Shown: positions 63,283 through 64,000 of the stretch, piece by piece
How the letters are laid out: each line of letters begins with the position of its first letter
How positions within the stretch are numbered: the stretch's first letter is position 1
From: Octopus bimaculoides
Taxonomy: Eukaryota
Length of the DNA stretch: 64,000 bases
NCBI RefSeq assembly: GCF_001194135.2
Contig: NC_068984.1
Location: 69,144,188-69,208,187, forward strand
Direction of reading: 5' to 3'
Notes under the pieces: generated by a model
Told to the model about the DNA's origin: nothing
The model's input: only the letters and a program-made list of their open reading frames with translations
The model's database searches: none
Position numbers and translations under genes: made by a program

Positions 63283-63645
63283 NNNNNNNNNNNNNNNNNN
63301 NNNNNNNNNNNNNNNNNNNNNNNNNNNNNNNNNNNNNNNNNNNNNNNNNNNNNNNNNNNNNNNNNNNNNNNNNNNNNNNNNNNNNNNNNNNNNNNNNNNN
63401 NNNNNNNNNNNNNNNNNNNNNNNNNNNNNNNNNNNNNNNNNNNNNNNNNNNNNNNNNNNNNNNNNNNNNNNNNNNNNNNNNNNNNNNNNNNNNNNNNNNN
63501 NNNNNNNNNNNNNNAGAGAGAGAGAGAGAAAATTTAGATTCAGGTGAATATTATGGTACTTAAGTTGAGGCACCAGAATTTAGTATGGTATTATCCATAC
63601 AATTTCAAAGTAAGGTGATTAAAATCAAAATAAGCAACAAGTATA

Positions 63646-63944
63646 TCCAGAGGTAATTCAGTACAATCGTTTCATGTAACTCCATTTAATTGGACAATGT
63701 AACCATTTCATCAATTTAAAATGCAGAGCAATCCTCAGCTGCACAAAGACATAGAATTTAATTAAATGAGAACAGACACATTAGTATAATTCTACCTAAA
63801 ATCTCCAAGAAGTTAAGGAGATAGACAAAGAACACGTTGCTTCTACTACAGCTGAGGATTGCTCTGCATTTTAAATTGATGTAATAATTGCATTGTTCAA
63901 TTAAATGGAGTTGCATGAAACGATCATACAGCATTACCTCTGGT
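63646..63944. mobile_element. MITE with about 95-bp terminal inverted repeats, flanked by TA
   Basis: 63647-63741 (CCAGAGGTAAT...GCAGAGCAATCCTCAGCTG) is the near reverse complement of 63849-63943. TA lies at 63644-45 and 63945-46. Confidence 0.88.
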
Positions 63945-64000
63945 TATCCTTGTTGCTTATTTTGATATATATATATTTATATATATATATATATATATAT

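Overview
This is AT-rich, repeat-saturated eukaryotic DNA with 16 N-gaps, most of them bordered by microsatellites. The SINE/LINE repertoire and the density of (TA)n/(CA)n/(CATA)n/(TAA)n tracts suggest a cephalopod, probably Octopus, draft genome; that assignment is my inference. I find no intact protein-coding host gene. Nearly all ORFs in the supplied track are microsatellite or N-run artefacts, and the rest are decayed transposon fragments. The window holds: several tRNA-headed SINE families; RTE-clade LINEs and many 3'-end copies; four R4/Dong-clade (restriction-like endonuclease) fragments; a Tx1/L1-type endonuclease fragment; four Penelope-like (PLE) remnants; a decayed Gypsy element; three mariners; a DD37D (maT) transposon; and a MITE. 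The most notable signals are: (1) two hammerhead-ribozyme folds on the minus strand (1972-2006 with an intact core, 7004-7072 with a U4C core change) in PLE-type remnants; (2) two R4-clade copies each bounded on both sides by (TACA)n, while two others sit against (TAA)n, suggesting microsatellite-specific targeting; (3) a variable tandem array of hairpin/CACGT units in the RTE 3' UTR; (4) a perfect AGGTCA-n4-TGACCT palindrome in unique sequence. Transposon boundaries were read by eye and are approximate unless a TIR or TSD is quoted.
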